Below are positions 1-10,083 of a stretch of DNA of 44,098 bases, one piece after another (position 1 is the first letter of the stretch; each line of letters starts with the position of its first letter). Made by a program: the position numbers and the translations under genes. The DNA comes from a virus (Duplodnaviria > Caudoviricetes). Location of the stretch: positions 1-44,098 of IMG/VR virus record IMGVR_UViG_3300028586_000770. One strand, given 5' to 3'. Under the pieces are notes generated by a model. That model worked only from the letters and a program-made list of their open reading frames with translations. It did no database searches and had not been told where the DNA came from.

Positions 1-1329
1 ATGACTGAAACTTATTTTGGATGCTCCTTTACGGAAGTGTGGGCATCCCCAAAAAACTGGAAAGAAACGACGTCCAAAGCTACGCTTAAGAAGTATTGGT
101 ATGTAGAATGTACTTTCTTTGATCCCCAATATGCCGATCAATACCCTAATGGCTTCTCGTATCGCCGTAAGCTTAACAAAGGCAATGAAACGTTATTAAA
201 GCGCAAAGCGGCAGTAACATTTATGCTGGAGGAAATGCCGGCAATGCTAAAAGAGGGGTACAATCCAATCACTAAAACTTTTATGACACCGCCGCCTAAG
301 CCTGATGATAATGGTCCACAGGTTTATAACCGCACCACACCGTTATTTCAAGCATTAGACTTGGCGCTATCTACCATAGGTTATGAGGGCGATCATTTAA
401 AAACGGTAAAATCTGTACTTTCCAAATTTAAGACTGCAGCTGAACAGCTGCATTACGACGGCCTGCCTATAGGCGACTTTATAGGAATCCACTTAAAGCA
501 AATTTTTGACCACCGCCAAAAGACGGATGAAACCTTTACTGACAAGGCCTACAATAAACATGCTATATACCTTTCTCCGCTGTTTACGCTCTTAAAGTCT
601 AATGGCATGCTTACAGCAAACCCGTTCGACGGTTTTAAAAAGAAAAAAACACTGCAGGAAAAACGTATAATTATGACCCTTGAAGAGCGCCGGAAAGTTG
701 ACCGGTATCTAAAAACAAATTTTGTTAGCTTTTGGGTTTTTACAAACCTGTTCCACCATAGTGGTGCCAGGGTTATAGAGCTGCTTAAATGTAAATATGA
801 AGATGTAGATCTGTTTTCTCTAACCTTAACCGTAGTAGTTAAAAAAGGTGGTGTTATGAAGAGGGTAGAACTACCCATTAAGCAGATAGCTGTACGATTT
901 TGGGAGAAAGCACTTATTGGAGCAAAAAAAGGTGACTATCTTTTTAGCGAAGGGCTTGTTCCGGGCGACAGGGTTATACGCCGCGACCAAATAACCAGGC
1001 GCTGGCAGATGCACGTTAAGGATAAGTTTGGGGTAGAAGCCGATTTTTACAGCATAAAGCACGGTAACCTTACGGAGATTGTTGCACGCACCGACAGTAA
1101 GAGTGCCGCTAAGGCCGCTGGCCACACTACTGACGCTATGGTGAAGAAGCACTATGATATTGACCATACGCAACGCGAAATGAATAATGTGCGTAGCATG
1201 ACCAACGAATTTGCTCCAAGTGTTAAGGCCAACCAATATAAGACCATAGGCGTGCAAATTCCGGCAGAAAAAGAGGCAGAATTTGCAGCGGCCCTCGCTA
1301 AGCTTATGGAAAGCTACTCTAAAAAGTAA
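1..1329 (+). CDS. int: Phage tyrosine recombinase/integrase
   Basis: HSGAR (catalytic Arg), VKKGG, FYSIKH (HxxR variant), AGHT...KHY C-terminal motifs; at the element boundary. Confidence 0.92.
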   Translation: MTETYFGCSFTEVWASPKNWKETTSKATLKKYWYVECTFFDPQYADQYPNGFSYRRKLNKGNETLLKRKAAVTFMLEEMPAMLKEGYNPITKTFMTPPPKPDDNGPQVYNRTTPLFQALDLALSTIGYEGDHLKTVKSVLSKFKTAAEQLHYDGLPIGDFIGIHLKQIFDHRQKTDETFTDKAYNKHAIYLSPLFTLLKSNGMLTANPFDGFKKKKTLQEKRIIMTLEERRKVDRYLKTNFVSFWVFTNLFHHSGARVIELLKCKYEDVDLFSLTLTVVVKKGGVMKRVELPIKQIAVRFWEKALIGAKKGDYLFSEGLVPGDRVIRRDQITRRWQMHVKDKFGVEADFYSIKHGNLTEIVARTDSKSAAKAAGHTTDAMVKKHYDIDHTQREMNNVRSMTNEFAPSVKANQYKTIGVQIPAEKEAEFAAALAKLMESYSKK

Positions 1330-3247
1330 TTGTCTGCAGCTCGAGGGTAACGTAATAGTTACCCTGGGGGGTGGGCTTAAATTCTGCGCTCAGGATAACG
1401 AACGCCTGGTCATCTATTGCAATTTTTTGAAGTTTAGACATGCGCTGCAGCTGGTGCTCTGTAAAAGGGCCCTCAATTTGGAGTTTGGAGCCATATAGGC
1501 GAAACTGCAGCAATGTTTTAAACGAGTTTGTATAAATGCCACCCGGACCGTCAAAACTTAGTGTGCGCCCGTCGTAGTCATCATCTACATGCGGCGTAGA
1601 ACCTTGCGCCCCGGGATTGATGATCATAAGCCCAACACCGTCTTTGTCGCCGGCTGTAGCAATGTTTGCGGTGCCGCTTTTTTGGCTAACTAATTTAAAT
1701 TTGGTTCGTATAATTTCTATATTTTCGTTATCTTCATACCCTCCATAATAGATGCTTGTACCGGTACGGGATATGTATAACATACGATCCTGATCGTTGT
1801 CGTATCTAAGTATAAAACCGGTATATTGCGGCGGGTTATACTCGGTTATTGCCAATGACTTGCCGGCATCCATAACCTGGCCATTTAATAACAGATCCTG
1901 AGCGTAATTAAAATTGACCACTTTAGTGTTATCATTGAAAGTGATATCCAGGTTAAACAATTTCTTAGCCTCATTTATAGTATCACTTACGCTCCACTCC
2001 GGTGCATACCTGCCCAGGTTAATAGTAGGGTGCATCATTTGAAACGTTTTAGCATCGCGTTTTTTTACAAGGACAAAATCTAACGGTATTTGTCGCTCTA
2101 CATTCCATTTATGGGAGTAGGCCACAAAGAAAACTGTGTTAACCTGGTCGTCATTTACAGTAATGGTAAATGATCCCTGAAAATTTAAATTGTCCGGATC
2201 ATTGTAGTTTCTGTACACCCTTGTAAAGTCATTGACCGGCATATCTCCCTGTCCGTATAAAATAGATGTTACATAAGAACTCCTGATGCCTCCGGAGCGT
2301 AAAGGCTCCTGAACCCTGTAATCAAAAATATAATCGCCGGGCGCTGCAGGTGTAAAATTATATATGTAAAAATCGTCTATGTATGAAATATGATTTGTTT
2401 CCTGGTACCGCAGGTTAGAAAAAGCCATAGTCTCTGTATTAGGCGATACAGGTACCGCGCACAGGTTGTCTTTTAAAGAAAGCAACAACAGCCGGCATGC
2501 AAAATCGCTTGCTACAAATGTACCGGCAATGGTGTAGCCTATTGATGCAAATGCTAAGCGCAGCGCTCCTAATAAAAAAAGCTGTGGCGCTGCAACATTG
2601 CTATTGTAAACATTTATAACATCAGCCCCGGTACCGTAGGTATTACCAATAAAAGAGGAATACAAACCGCCGTAATTGTTTACATACTTGCCGTAACTAT
2701 ACCATTCGTCACCGTCCTGTAAGCCCTCGCCATATTTGTTCTCCCACAACATTTTAGGGAAAGCAAAATCTACATCAGGAAATATTTTGCCTTTAAAGGT
2801 AGAGACATAAGCCGGCCAGCGCTCATAGCCCGGTATTGTATGGCTAAACTCTTCGTCATAAGGAAATGGCTCTATCTCGCCCGGTATTATAGAAATTACA
2901 GGCAATGTCTCACTTAACTTTTTATCCAGGATACTTAAAACATCGCTGCCATATTTTAGATCGCATTTGCGGTGGCCACTTACATAAGCCAATATTGTGA
3001 GCTCGCCAACATAGCGCTCTCCCATATCTAAAACCACTACCGGCACCACCTTTATTTTAACAACTGAGGTAATGTCCCGCGTGCCCAGGGCCTGCTTAGT
3101 ATTTGCATTTTCTATTATAAGGAATGGAAATGATGAGTGAGTAACTTTAAAGTCCGGGATAAACGCGTTGTTCTCTTTTTTTAAAGTTAACGTCTCATTT
3201 ACATAATCGAGCTCCAAACCATTTGCATAAATTTTTAGTGCTTCCAT
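1319..3247 (-). CDS. Tail tip/baseplate hub-like structural protein
   Basis: 642 aa, second gene after the tape measure; beta-rich; N-term LDY...LTLKKENNAF typical of siphophage hub proteins. Confidence 0.6.
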   Translation of the reverse strand: MEALKIYANGLELDYVNETLTLKKENNAFIPDFKVTHSSFPFLIIENANTKQALGTRDITSVVKIKVVPVVVLDMGERYVGELTILAYVSGHRKCDLKYGSDVLSILDKKLSETLPVISIIPGEIEPFPYDEEFSHTIPGYERWPAYVSTFKGKIFPDVDFAFPKMLWENKYGEGLQDGDEWYSYGKYVNNYGGLYSSFIGNTYGTGADVINVYNSNVAAPQLFLLGALRLAFASIGYTIAGTFVASDFACRLLLLSLKDNLCAVPVSPNTETMAFSNLRYQETNHISYIDDFYIYNFTPAAPGDYIFDYRVQEPLRSGGIRSSYVTSILYGQGDMPVNDFTRVYRNYNDPDNLNFQGSFTITVNDDQVNTVFFVAYSHKWNVERQIPLDFVLVKKRDAKTFQMMHPTINLGRYAPEWSVSDTINEAKKLFNLDITFNDNTKVVNFNYAQDLLLNGQVMDAGKSLAITEYNPPQYTGFILRYDNDQDRMLYISRTGTSIYYGGYEDNENIEIIRTKFKLVSQKSGTANIATAGDKDGVGLMIINPGAQGSTPHVDDDYDGRTLSFDGPGGIYTNSFKTLLQFRLYGSKLQIEGPFTEHQLQRMSKLQKIAIDDQAFVILSAEFKPTPQGNYYVTLELQTITF

Positions 3248-4596
3248 TAGGTTAAAAATACGTTTATCTGGTTAGAAACATTACTGTCATTGTTGCGCTC
3301 CCTTAATCGCATTACATGGCTGCCACGCTGATTTGTACGGAAATTTATAGGCACGCCCGGTGTAGCGTTGTCAACCTCTGCAACATACCATGTAGTTGCT
3401 GATGTTGCTTTAAATTGTATTTGTACGGTTCCTGCAGGCGGGTTAAAGCCATTGTTGTAAATAAAATCTATGCGCACGCTGTGGCCATCTACCGTGTAAT
3501 TTGTAATTTGGATATCAGGAAGGCCCTCTGCATAAATAAGCCCGCTATTAGCAACACCGGTGCCCTTCCTGAGTGTAAATACCATACTCTCATCATACTG
3601 GTTTTGGCGGCTCTTAAACTCTAACTGCTTTTTAATGGCCGTAACCATGGAAAGCCACTTATTGCCATTGCGCAGGCGTACATCATGGCTGTTAGCTATC
3701 ATGTTTATGATGCCTTTTTCGTTGTGGCGCAATGAGCCGCTATTAATTGTGTAGTTAGCCTCTTCAGGTATTTCATAAACGCGCTCATTACCATCTGCCG
3801 TTTCATAAGTGGCCGGAGCAAAATTATTTTGCACCTGCATTTCGCCTGCAGGATATGCATAAATGTAAAACCCAAAATTGTTTTGAAAAGCGATCTCATT
3901 GCAAGAGTAGGCCGGCAAATGGTTAATGCGATAGGTCATTGTAATGGGAGCATATTGGGCAAGCTGTACTGTAGCCGTAAGGTAAAGAAGGTTATAACTA
4001 ACTCCTGCAGATGCAAGATCGAACTGGTACAGATATACCCTTTTTCCTTTAACCAGTACTTCCTGCTCATTTATTATTGCGCCGGTGTTTGTAGCCAGTG
4101 TTACTTTGCAATAGTCATTATCAGCCCATGCATAGAACGGAAAGGCAATTTTGCCGGTGGGTGGTATAACCATTACAGGCGCGCGCATGTCCAGGAACTG
4201 AACGCCCATATATTCGTTAAATTCTACCGGTTTAATATTATGCATAACCCTGAAGGTGGGCAGGGCTAATGTACTTATTAAAGCGCCGCTGCTTATCCTG
4301 TATTCATCTATTACAATAAATACCTCGCGCAGTAGATGCGTTTGTTCCTGCAGCATATTTTCAAATACAGGATTGAACACCGGCGCAAAATATGCTTTGT
4401 AAATATCTTTAATATCTTTGCGGGCCATATCTGCGGTCGTGCGGCTCCAGCCTTGTTCATCAAATAGCAAACCACCAATGTATATGCGGGCCCTGTAATA
4501 AAATCCTATGCCGTTAGTGCTTTGTACTGCAATAACAGTATTGTTTGCATCGAGCATTATGGCACCGCTGCCGGGTGTAGAAATTGCTTGTATCAT
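3247..4596 (-). CDS. Distal-tail-like structural protein with C-terminal Ig/FN3-like domain
   Basis: 449 aa directly after the tape measure, coupled by overlap; FQNNFGFYIY motif; beta-sandwich-like C-terminus. Confidence 0.55.
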   Translation of the reverse strand: MIQAISTPGSGAIMLDANNTVIAVQSTNGIGFYYRARIYIGGLLFDEQGWSRTTADMARKDIKDIYKAYFAPVFNPVFENMLQEQTHLLREVFIVIDEYRISSGALISTLALPTFRVMHNIKPVEFNEYMGVQFLDMRAPVMVIPPTGKIAFPFYAWADNDYCKVTLATNTGAIINEQEVLVKGKRVYLYQFDLASAGVSYNLLYLTATVQLAQYAPITMTYRINHLPAYSCNEIAFQNNFGFYIYAYPAGEMQVQNNFAPATYETADGNERVYEIPEEANYTINSGSLRHNEKGIINMIANSHDVRLRNGNKWLSMVTAIKKQLEFKSRQNQYDESMVFTLRKGTGVANSGLIYAEGLPDIQITNYTVDGHSVRIDFIYNNGFNPPAGTVQIQFKATSATTWYVAEVDNATPGVPINFRTNQRGSHVMRLRERNNDSNVSNQINVFLT

Positions 4597-7580
4597 GCTT
4601 TATTTATTGTACCGTTCGCTCCGGACGCGGTAATTTCTTCGTTCATTTTATTAATTTTCCTAATAGCTTCATACCCTACATGGGTAGTGGCTTGTATACC
4701 GCCCTGTAGTGTTGCATTAAGCTGCGACACGACATCTATAAGTTGAGCAGTTGCATCTATTGCCAACGATCCGGCATTGCCCCCCGCGGCGGAACCACGG
4801 CCAGTACCGGGCAACTCCCCGCCGGAGCCGGCTTGTTTCCTTTCAGCCTCAAGCCATCCGGCCACGTTTGCATATACCGGCTTTTTTAGCATTGCTGCCG
4901 GCATTACCCATTCATTAGCGTGGTACTCATTAACCTGTGTTACTTTGCCATACTGATCATTATAAAGCGCATCGTTGCCGGTATAACCACCTTCAAAAAA
5001 TTTAGCTCTTTTGGGCGCTTTTTGACCCTGAATTTTTTTTACTGATGCCGTTGTACTTATTACGGCAGCGGCCATGGCGGCGTACATTGCAAAACCACCA
5101 TCGAATTTTGGATATTGCGCCAAGATTGAGGTTATAGCTAATGCGCCGTTTATCCCTGCCTGCGCCAATGCTAACTCTTTAGACTGGCCAAACAACTCTC
5201 CAACCGAGCCGGCAAGTGTATTTAATGCCCCTAAATTTTGAGAAACCCTTTCTAATTCTCTCTGTTTTTCAGCTGCTTTTTGGTCCTTATCCAGCCTCTC
5301 GACAAACTGCGAATACTGTTTTGCACTTATTTTTTTATCATTAAAAAGCTTGGTGTAGCGCGCTTTTTCATCTTTGTAAGCCTTCTCCGCCCTTAACTTT
5401 TCTTCTTCTTCAACACTATCAGCGTTTGCAATTTTAAGCTCATAATCAATTTGTGCCTGCTCTAACGCTAATTGTTTTTGCTGCTCTGCATATTCCTTTT
5501 TAAGCGCATCAGTAGCTTTTAGATTTTCTAACTCAAGATTTTGCTTAGCGGTTAAATACTCTATATCCTGTGCATTTAAATCGATATCTTGCGATCGCTT
5601 AAGGCCAATAATGATATCATTAGTGCTCTTTTCAATTTCGATACTTTTAAGCTTTTCGGCCTTTAAAGCTTCTAACCTTGCAGCCTCGCCATCAATTAAT
5701 TTTTGCGTTAAGAGCGTACCCTCTTTTATTTGAGACTGATGGCCGGCGATATAGAGGTCGAGATTAGCCTTAGCGACCATAGCCTGGAGCGCTAAATATT
5801 TTTTAAGTCGATCCTCTCCGGCTTTTGCGTCCTTTTCTTCCTGAGCCTCTCGCTTAGAGCTTTCCGTTGCTAATTTAGAATTATGGTCTGTCCGTAATTT
5901 TAGAAGTTGATTTGCTAATTTTATATATTCATCACTTCCCTTTTTATATTGCTTTTGCTGCTCTAATAGCAATTGCCGCTCGACATTGTAAGAATCTTTA
6001 CCTAAGGCCTCCAGACGCTCCTTTTGTTGTGTTAAGACCTTAATGCGATTCTCTGTAGCTAATTTAATTTGGGCTGTGCGCTGAGCCTCGGCATCGGCAA
6101 TTTGTGTAGTAACGGCCTTATCCGCGTCCAGGTTAAAAATCGGTGTTATTTTAAATTCCTTGGCTTTTAGGCTTTCAATTTTCTTTTCTAATTTATCTAC
6201 GTCAACACCAACCGCGTTAAGAACTGGTGAGATGGAGGCGGCAAGCTTTGAAACCAAGTTAATAGACTGGTTGTATATTCCTATAAATACATTTGCAGTA
6301 TGTTTAGCAAGTGCAGCAGTGCTATTAATACTGTTCGCTATGGATTTAAGCAAAAGGTTGTAGGCCTTCACGCCAAACGTGGCAATATTTGTCCACATGT
6401 TACCGTAGCCTTCAATCTCAAATAATTCTGCATTAGTTTTATTTAGTGCCTCAGTTGCGGCACGTAAATTTTCGGAAGCTGCCGCTGCGCTATCGAGTTC
6501 CTTTTTGGTTGCCTGCCCCACCGCCTGCAGTACTTTTAATGCACCGCCGGCATCTTCGCCCGCTCCTTTAAATAAGTCGGCTGTAAGCTGCGCTGCCTGC
6601 TGTGCGTTCAGGCCGACCTTGCTGGCTTCCTTAGCTATCTCTGCTAAAGCATCTTTTGTACTAAGTGTACCGTCTTTAACTTTACTAAGTATATTATCTG
6701 TAAACGCAGCGCCAAAAGCATTAACCAGCGCATCGCGTGTGGTTATTGTTTGCTCCTCAATGGCTAGGTTAGCCTCTTTTATCGCGTCCGGAAGTTTATC
6801 CGTATAGATACCGAGCTTAGGCCCTTCGTTGAGGATATCTACAAAATTTTGCGCACTATAGCCTGCTTTAGCAAAAAACTCATCATACTCCCCGAGGCTA
6901 TCTAAAAATTCCTCGTTTTGAGTGCCGCCCATTGCAAGGCCGCGTGCAATAACATCATTGGCCTCACTCATTGATATCCCAAAACTTACTGAAAGGGACG
7001 CGGCTTTTTCGGCTATTTCGTCAAAACTCTTTTTATAAGTGTTTGCCGTGGCCATAACCTCTGATCGTACGACAGGTAAATCTTTTGCTACAATCCCTAA
7101 TGCGCCTAACTTTGTGTTAAACTCATTCATTTCAATGTTATACTCATGCAGTTTTTTAGCTGCAAGGCCAAAGCCTACAAGCACAGCTATAGCCGCGCCT
7201 ACAGGAGTACCTATAAATGCTTTAAACGATTCTATAGTTTCAGTAACCCCGCCTTTGATACCACTGAAACCTTCTTTAACCTGCGTAAAGTCGCCAGATT
7301 TAAGACCTTCAAAAATGTTAGCAAAAGCATTACGTCCGGCGCCAAGTTCTTTGGTGGTTCCGTGAATCTCTTCCCTGAATTCTGCCTGTTTTTCCTTTGC
7401 AACCACTAATTGCCCTTTCAGCTTCGCTAAATCTTCATAGTATGTTTCGCTATTCTTATTTAATCCTCGCATCGTAAACGATACACGCGCAATTTCTCTG
7501 CTTATGCCGGTAAGCGAGTTTGTAACATCTCTGTCATTGATAAATATTGAGAGCTTTTTTTCGATAACATCCTTTGCCAT
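4593..7580 (-). CDS. Tail tape measure protein
   Basis: 995 aa, Ala/Lys/Glu-rich helical; phage minor-tail-like core (EFLDSLGEYDEFF...DKLPDAIKE); hydrophobic patches; C-terminal FFEGGYTG...HANEWV motif. Confidence 0.9.
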   Translation of the reverse strand: MAKDVIEKKLSIFINDRDVTNSLTGISREIARVSFTMRGLNKNSETYYEDLAKLKGQLVVAKEKQAEFREEIHGTTKELGAGRNAFANIFEGLKSGDFTQVKEGFSGIKGGVTETIESFKAFIGTPVGAAIAVLVGFGLAAKKLHEYNIEMNEFNTKLGALGIVAKDLPVVRSEVMATANTYKKSFDEIAEKAASLSVSFGISMSEANDVIARGLAMGGTQNEEFLDSLGEYDEFFAKAGYSAQNFVDILNEGPKLGIYTDKLPDAIKEANLAIEEQTITTRDALVNAFGAAFTDNILSKVKDGTLSTKDALAEIAKEASKVGLNAQQAAQLTADLFKGAGEDAGGALKVLQAVGQATKKELDSAAAASENLRAATEALNKTNAELFEIEGYGNMWTNIATFGVKAYNLLLKSIANSINSTAALAKHTANVFIGIYNQSINLVSKLAASISPVLNAVGVDVDKLEKKIESLKAKEFKITPIFNLDADKAVTTQIADAEAQRTAQIKLATENRIKVLTQQKERLEALGKDSYNVERQLLLEQQKQYKKGSDEYIKLANQLLKLRTDHNSKLATESSKREAQEEKDAKAGEDRLKKYLALQAMVAKANLDLYIAGHQSQIKEGTLLTQKLIDGEAARLEALKAEKLKSIEIEKSTNDIIIGLKRSQDIDLNAQDIEYLTAKQNLELENLKATDALKKEYAEQQKQLALEQAQIDYELKIANADSVEEEEKLRAEKAYKDEKARYTKLFNDKKISAKQYSQFVERLDKDQKAAEKQRELERVSQNLGALNTLAGSVGELFGQSKELALAQAGINGALAITSILAQYPKFDGGFAMYAAMAAAVISTTASVKKIQGQKAPKRAKFFEGGYTGNDALYNDQYGKVTQVNEYHANEWVMPAAMLKKPVYANVAGWLEAERKQAGSGGELPGTGRGSAAGGNAGSLAIDATAQLIDVVSQLNATLQGGIQATTHVGYEAIRKINKMNEEITASGANGTINKA

Positions 7581-7951
7581 TATTTCTCAAAATTGATTTT
7601 GGTTAGAATTTCTGTACCTCTCAGATCAGCAAGTTTCTCAGCCAAATCATTAAGGGCATTTGAATCTTGCAAAGCTTTTTGGATAACCTGTGTGGCTTTT
7701 AAGCGCATGCGTACGCCATTGCTTTTGTCGCCTTCAAAACCAAAGTTTTGCTTATAGATATAATCAGGTGCAATGAATGTTAATCGGTCTAATCTTCCAT
7801 CTTTATATTTTGAAACTACTGAAGCTTTTTTACTGGCACCTTCAACATTTACAGCATTTCGTATGGCAGATTTAAACCCGGCACGTATTTTTAGAACTGC
7901 TTCCTGCCCAATCTGTCTTTCCAACATTATAAAATCTATATTCCCAGCCAT
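7580..7951 (-). CDS. Putative neck/tail-completion protein (HK97 gp10-like)
   Basis: 123 aa basic protein, first gene of the tail operon, YIYKQNFG motif. Confidence 0.45.
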   Translation of the reverse strand: MAGNIDFIMLERQIGQEAVLKIRAGFKSAIRNAVNVEGASKKASVVSKYKDGRLDRLTFIAPDYIYKQNFGFEGDKSNGVRMRLKATQVIQKALQDSNALNDLAEKLADLRGTEILTKINFEK

Positions 7952-7968
7952 AATTACTTATTTAACAG

Positions 7969-8004
7969 CGAAGGTATATGTGCTAAAAACCGATAAATAG
8001 GACA
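7969..8004 (-). promoter_or_regulatory. Phage-specific (putative late) promoter of the tail operon, TGTCCTA-N21-TACCTTCG
   Basis: Reverse-strand TGTCCTA at 7998-8004, exactly 21 nt from a -7-like box at 7969-7976. Confidence 0.75.
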
Positions 8005-8082
8005 GGAACACAGGAGAGCAAGCGTCGCTCTACATGTAAAATATGCAACGATTAGGGCGTTTTAGGACAGTCTTAAAAACGT

Positions 8083-8118
8083 TGTCCTATGCTATGTTTT
8101 TTAACTGTAATAAATTTG
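8083..8118 (+). promoter_or_regulatory. Phage-specific promoter TGTCCTA-N21-TAAATTTG
   Basis: Motif at 8083-8089, perfect TANNTTTG at 8111-8118; inverted TAGGACA copy at 8063-8069. Confidence 0.75.
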
Positions 8119-8179
8119 TATCAGTTAACAAAAATTGGTAATATTTTTGCATATATTTAACATGTAATAATCTGACTGC

Positions 8180-8644
8180 ATGAGTTTCACGCCCTTAGTT
8201 TCGGTTTCGTTTCCGGTAAAAGCACACGTTCGCAAATACCTTCAAAGGCAGTATGGCAGTGCCCATATAGCCTCTAAAACCTCATTTTTGGGGCAGCTTG
8301 TATTAGGCTCCCTTGAGAAGACTTATGAAAAGCCGGAAAAGAATTTACCGGCACATTTTACTTTTACAGTCCTTGTGCCTCAGGGCTATGTAAACCGTGT
8401 GGGCACTACATTGCCGCGCAATACGCAACAGCATCTGGGCGAGCTTTGCACCCATTTGTTTAACATGGCCATGTATGACCACCTTGATGCGGTATCATGG
8501 GGTGGGGGGCAGGTATACCCGGAGCTGCGAAACTTTTTAGAGCGGTATGGTATTACTGAAGATGATATGAAAGTTGAAAGCCTGTACAGAGCTTACTCCA
8601 GGCATTGCAAAAAGAAAGAAAATTTTTTCCCACTACAAAAATAA
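8180..8644 (+). CDS. Putative DNA-binding regulator (candidate late activator)
   Basis: 154 aa; RHH-like N-term (VSFPVKAHVRKYL) and HTH-like C-term (FLERYGITEDDMKVESLYRAYSR); next to a cluster of TGTCC boxes. Confidence 0.5.
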   Translation: MSFTPLVSVSFPVKAHVRKYLQRQYGSAHIASKTSFLGQLVLGSLEKTYEKPEKNLPAHFTFTVLVPQGYVNRVGTTLPRNTQQHLGELCTHLFNMAMYDHLDAVSWGGGQVYPELRNFLERYGITEDDMKVESLYRAYSRHCKKKENFFPLQK

Positions 8645-8969
8645 TGTTAAAATACCTGCTAATCCTTACCAATAAAGGGCGAGCGGTGGGACACATTCGT
8701 AAAAATATATATTATGACAATTAACGATTTTACGGACGACGATATAACGGAGGCAATAACTGTTCATGAGGAGATGGCCTTCGCCCTTGGTTTACCGCCC
8801 GATTTATTAGGCCCGAAGGATAAGGATCCTGGTACCAGTTATAGCGGGACAGTTGGTTGGATATGATGGGCCAAGAAATTCGGAAAACTATAGAAGAAAT
8901 AATGTTAAAATCTTCGTCAATCGCTTTTAACATTGGGCGCGCTTTAGGACATTTTCGTAAAAATAAATA
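8639..8969 (+). repeat. Degenerate ~72-bp direct repeat pair (from 8639 and 8897, 258-bp period)
   Basis: AAATAATGTTAAAAT...GGGCG.GC...GGACA..TTCGTAAAAATA.AT aligns without gaps in both copies. Confidence 0.75.
8714..8866 (+). CDS. 50-aa peptide resembling the portal C-terminal segment
   Basis: Own translation MTINDFTDDDITEAITVHEEMAFALGLPPDLLGPKDKDPGTSYSGTVGWI aligns to portal TIDDKFKD...EAEAANSEILFAIGVDPSLVG; A/T-rich start context. Confidence 0.55.
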   Translation: MTINDFTDDDITEAITVHEEMAFALGLPPDLLGPKDKDPGTSYSGTVGWI

Positions 8970-8977
8970 ATGCACTT

Positions 8978-9448
8978 ATGACATTTAATATAGAAGAGCA
9001 GGTGGCAGGGTTTGCATCGGTAGAACTTTTCCTGATCTCAGAAACCGGTAACTGGCCACTTGTGGTTAACGATGGTAACGCCGGCACAATAACACTTAAT
9101 CCGGAGGTAAATGATGTAGATGGAAGTATCGACCCGGACAGCATAAATATAAGTGATGACCCTAAGGATGATGTGAGCGGCCAGATATGGCCTATTGATA
9201 TACGTTACCTGTTCCTTGCGCGCAATGCGGCTATGGAGCAGCTGCTCGAGCAGTATGCAAATAAGCCCTGCATAGTACGTGGCTGTGGTAATGACGGTAA
9301 TCGTAAGCAATGGGGAACTGACCAGGAACCGCTCTACATGACCTATAAAAACATTTATGGTACCAACATGCAGGACCGCCATGGCATTGAAGTTTCTATA
9401 AAAGGCGACCTGAGTAGTAGGCCGGTATATTTTACAATAATTGAATAA
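8978..9448 (+). CDS. Tail-tube-like structural protein (paralog of 13362-13913)
   Basis: VAGFASVELF and CIVRGCGNDGNRKQWGT parallel VGGINIDIYY and YIVLAEEAGSGRLRQLGS. Confidence 0.5.
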   Translation: MTFNIEEQVAGFASVELFLISETGNWPLVVNDGNAGTITLNPEVNDVDGSIDPDSINISDDPKDDVSGQIWPIDIRYLFLARNAAMEQLLEQYANKPCIVRGCGNDGNRKQWGTDQEPLYMTYKNIYGTNMQDRHGIEVSIKGDLSSRPVYFTIIE

Positions 9449-9449
9449 T

Positions 9450-9746
9450 ATGAAAAAAGCATTTTTACTATTTATCGCGGCGCTGTCGCTGCTATCGTGT
9501 GAACAAATAAAGGAGGGAGATATCATTAAAAAGGAATATGAGCCGGCTTATGCTTACATGACTGCATATTCCCAAAATGTAAATGGCACAACAGTCGTTG
9601 TCCCTGTAATGAATACCGTTCCTGAGTACTTTAATATTACAATTGAAGGCTATATGGATGGAGAACGTGTAACCAGGAAGCTACACGTCAGTGAGGGCGA
9701 ATACCTAATTTATAAAATTGGGCAACACATAATAATAGAAAGGTAA
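9450..9746 (+). CDS. Small lipoprotein
   Basis: MKKAFLLFIAALSLLSC lipobox; ATG at 9450 preferred over TTG at 9441. Confidence 0.75.
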   Translation: MKKAFLLFIAALSLLSCEQIKEGDIIKKEYEPAYAYMTAYSQNVNGTTVVVPVMNTVPEYFNITIEGYMDGERVTRKLHVSEGEYLIYKIGQHIIIER

Positions 9747-10003
9747 TGAGTGATCAAGCAAACACCGCTAAAAGATGGGGCGGTTACTTAATTGAAATTG
9801 ACGAACTATATTTTGAACACCTGCACCCAGGATGGCCAAATTTTACAGCAGAGGAACGTCAGGAAAAAAGGCAGGCCCTTGTAGCGGAGGTAGAACTATA
9901 TATGCAGGGATGGAGCGATAAAGACACTTACATTGCTTATTTAGGCAATTTTACTGGTCCGGGAATAAAAATTTCTCCTATTGATACTAATGTCCCTGAC
10001 TAA
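9746..10003 (+). CDS. Hypothetical protein
   Basis: 85 aa, TAATG-coupled to the upstream gene. Confidence 0.65.
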   Translation: MSDQANTAKRWGGYLIEIDELYFEHLHPGWPNFTAEERQEKRQALVAEVELYMQGWSDKDTYIAYLGNFTGPGIKISPIDTNVPD

Positions 10004-10083
10004 GATCTAACCGTACTAAACAGAGTACATGGGTTATAGGTTAGGGCAACACTTAATAGTTGAGAGATAAAACATGGGCGTAA

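Noticed and set aside
8063-8951. Reverse TAGGACA copies at 8063 and 8945 as additional promoters
   Set aside because: No -7-like octamer at the 21-nt spacing; at most extra binding sites
8863-8970. Second mini-ORF (SIAFNIGRAL) resembling portal SAAFNILSAL
   Set aside because: The match lies inside the non-coding direct repeat, whose other copy does not conserve this peptide; probably coincidental
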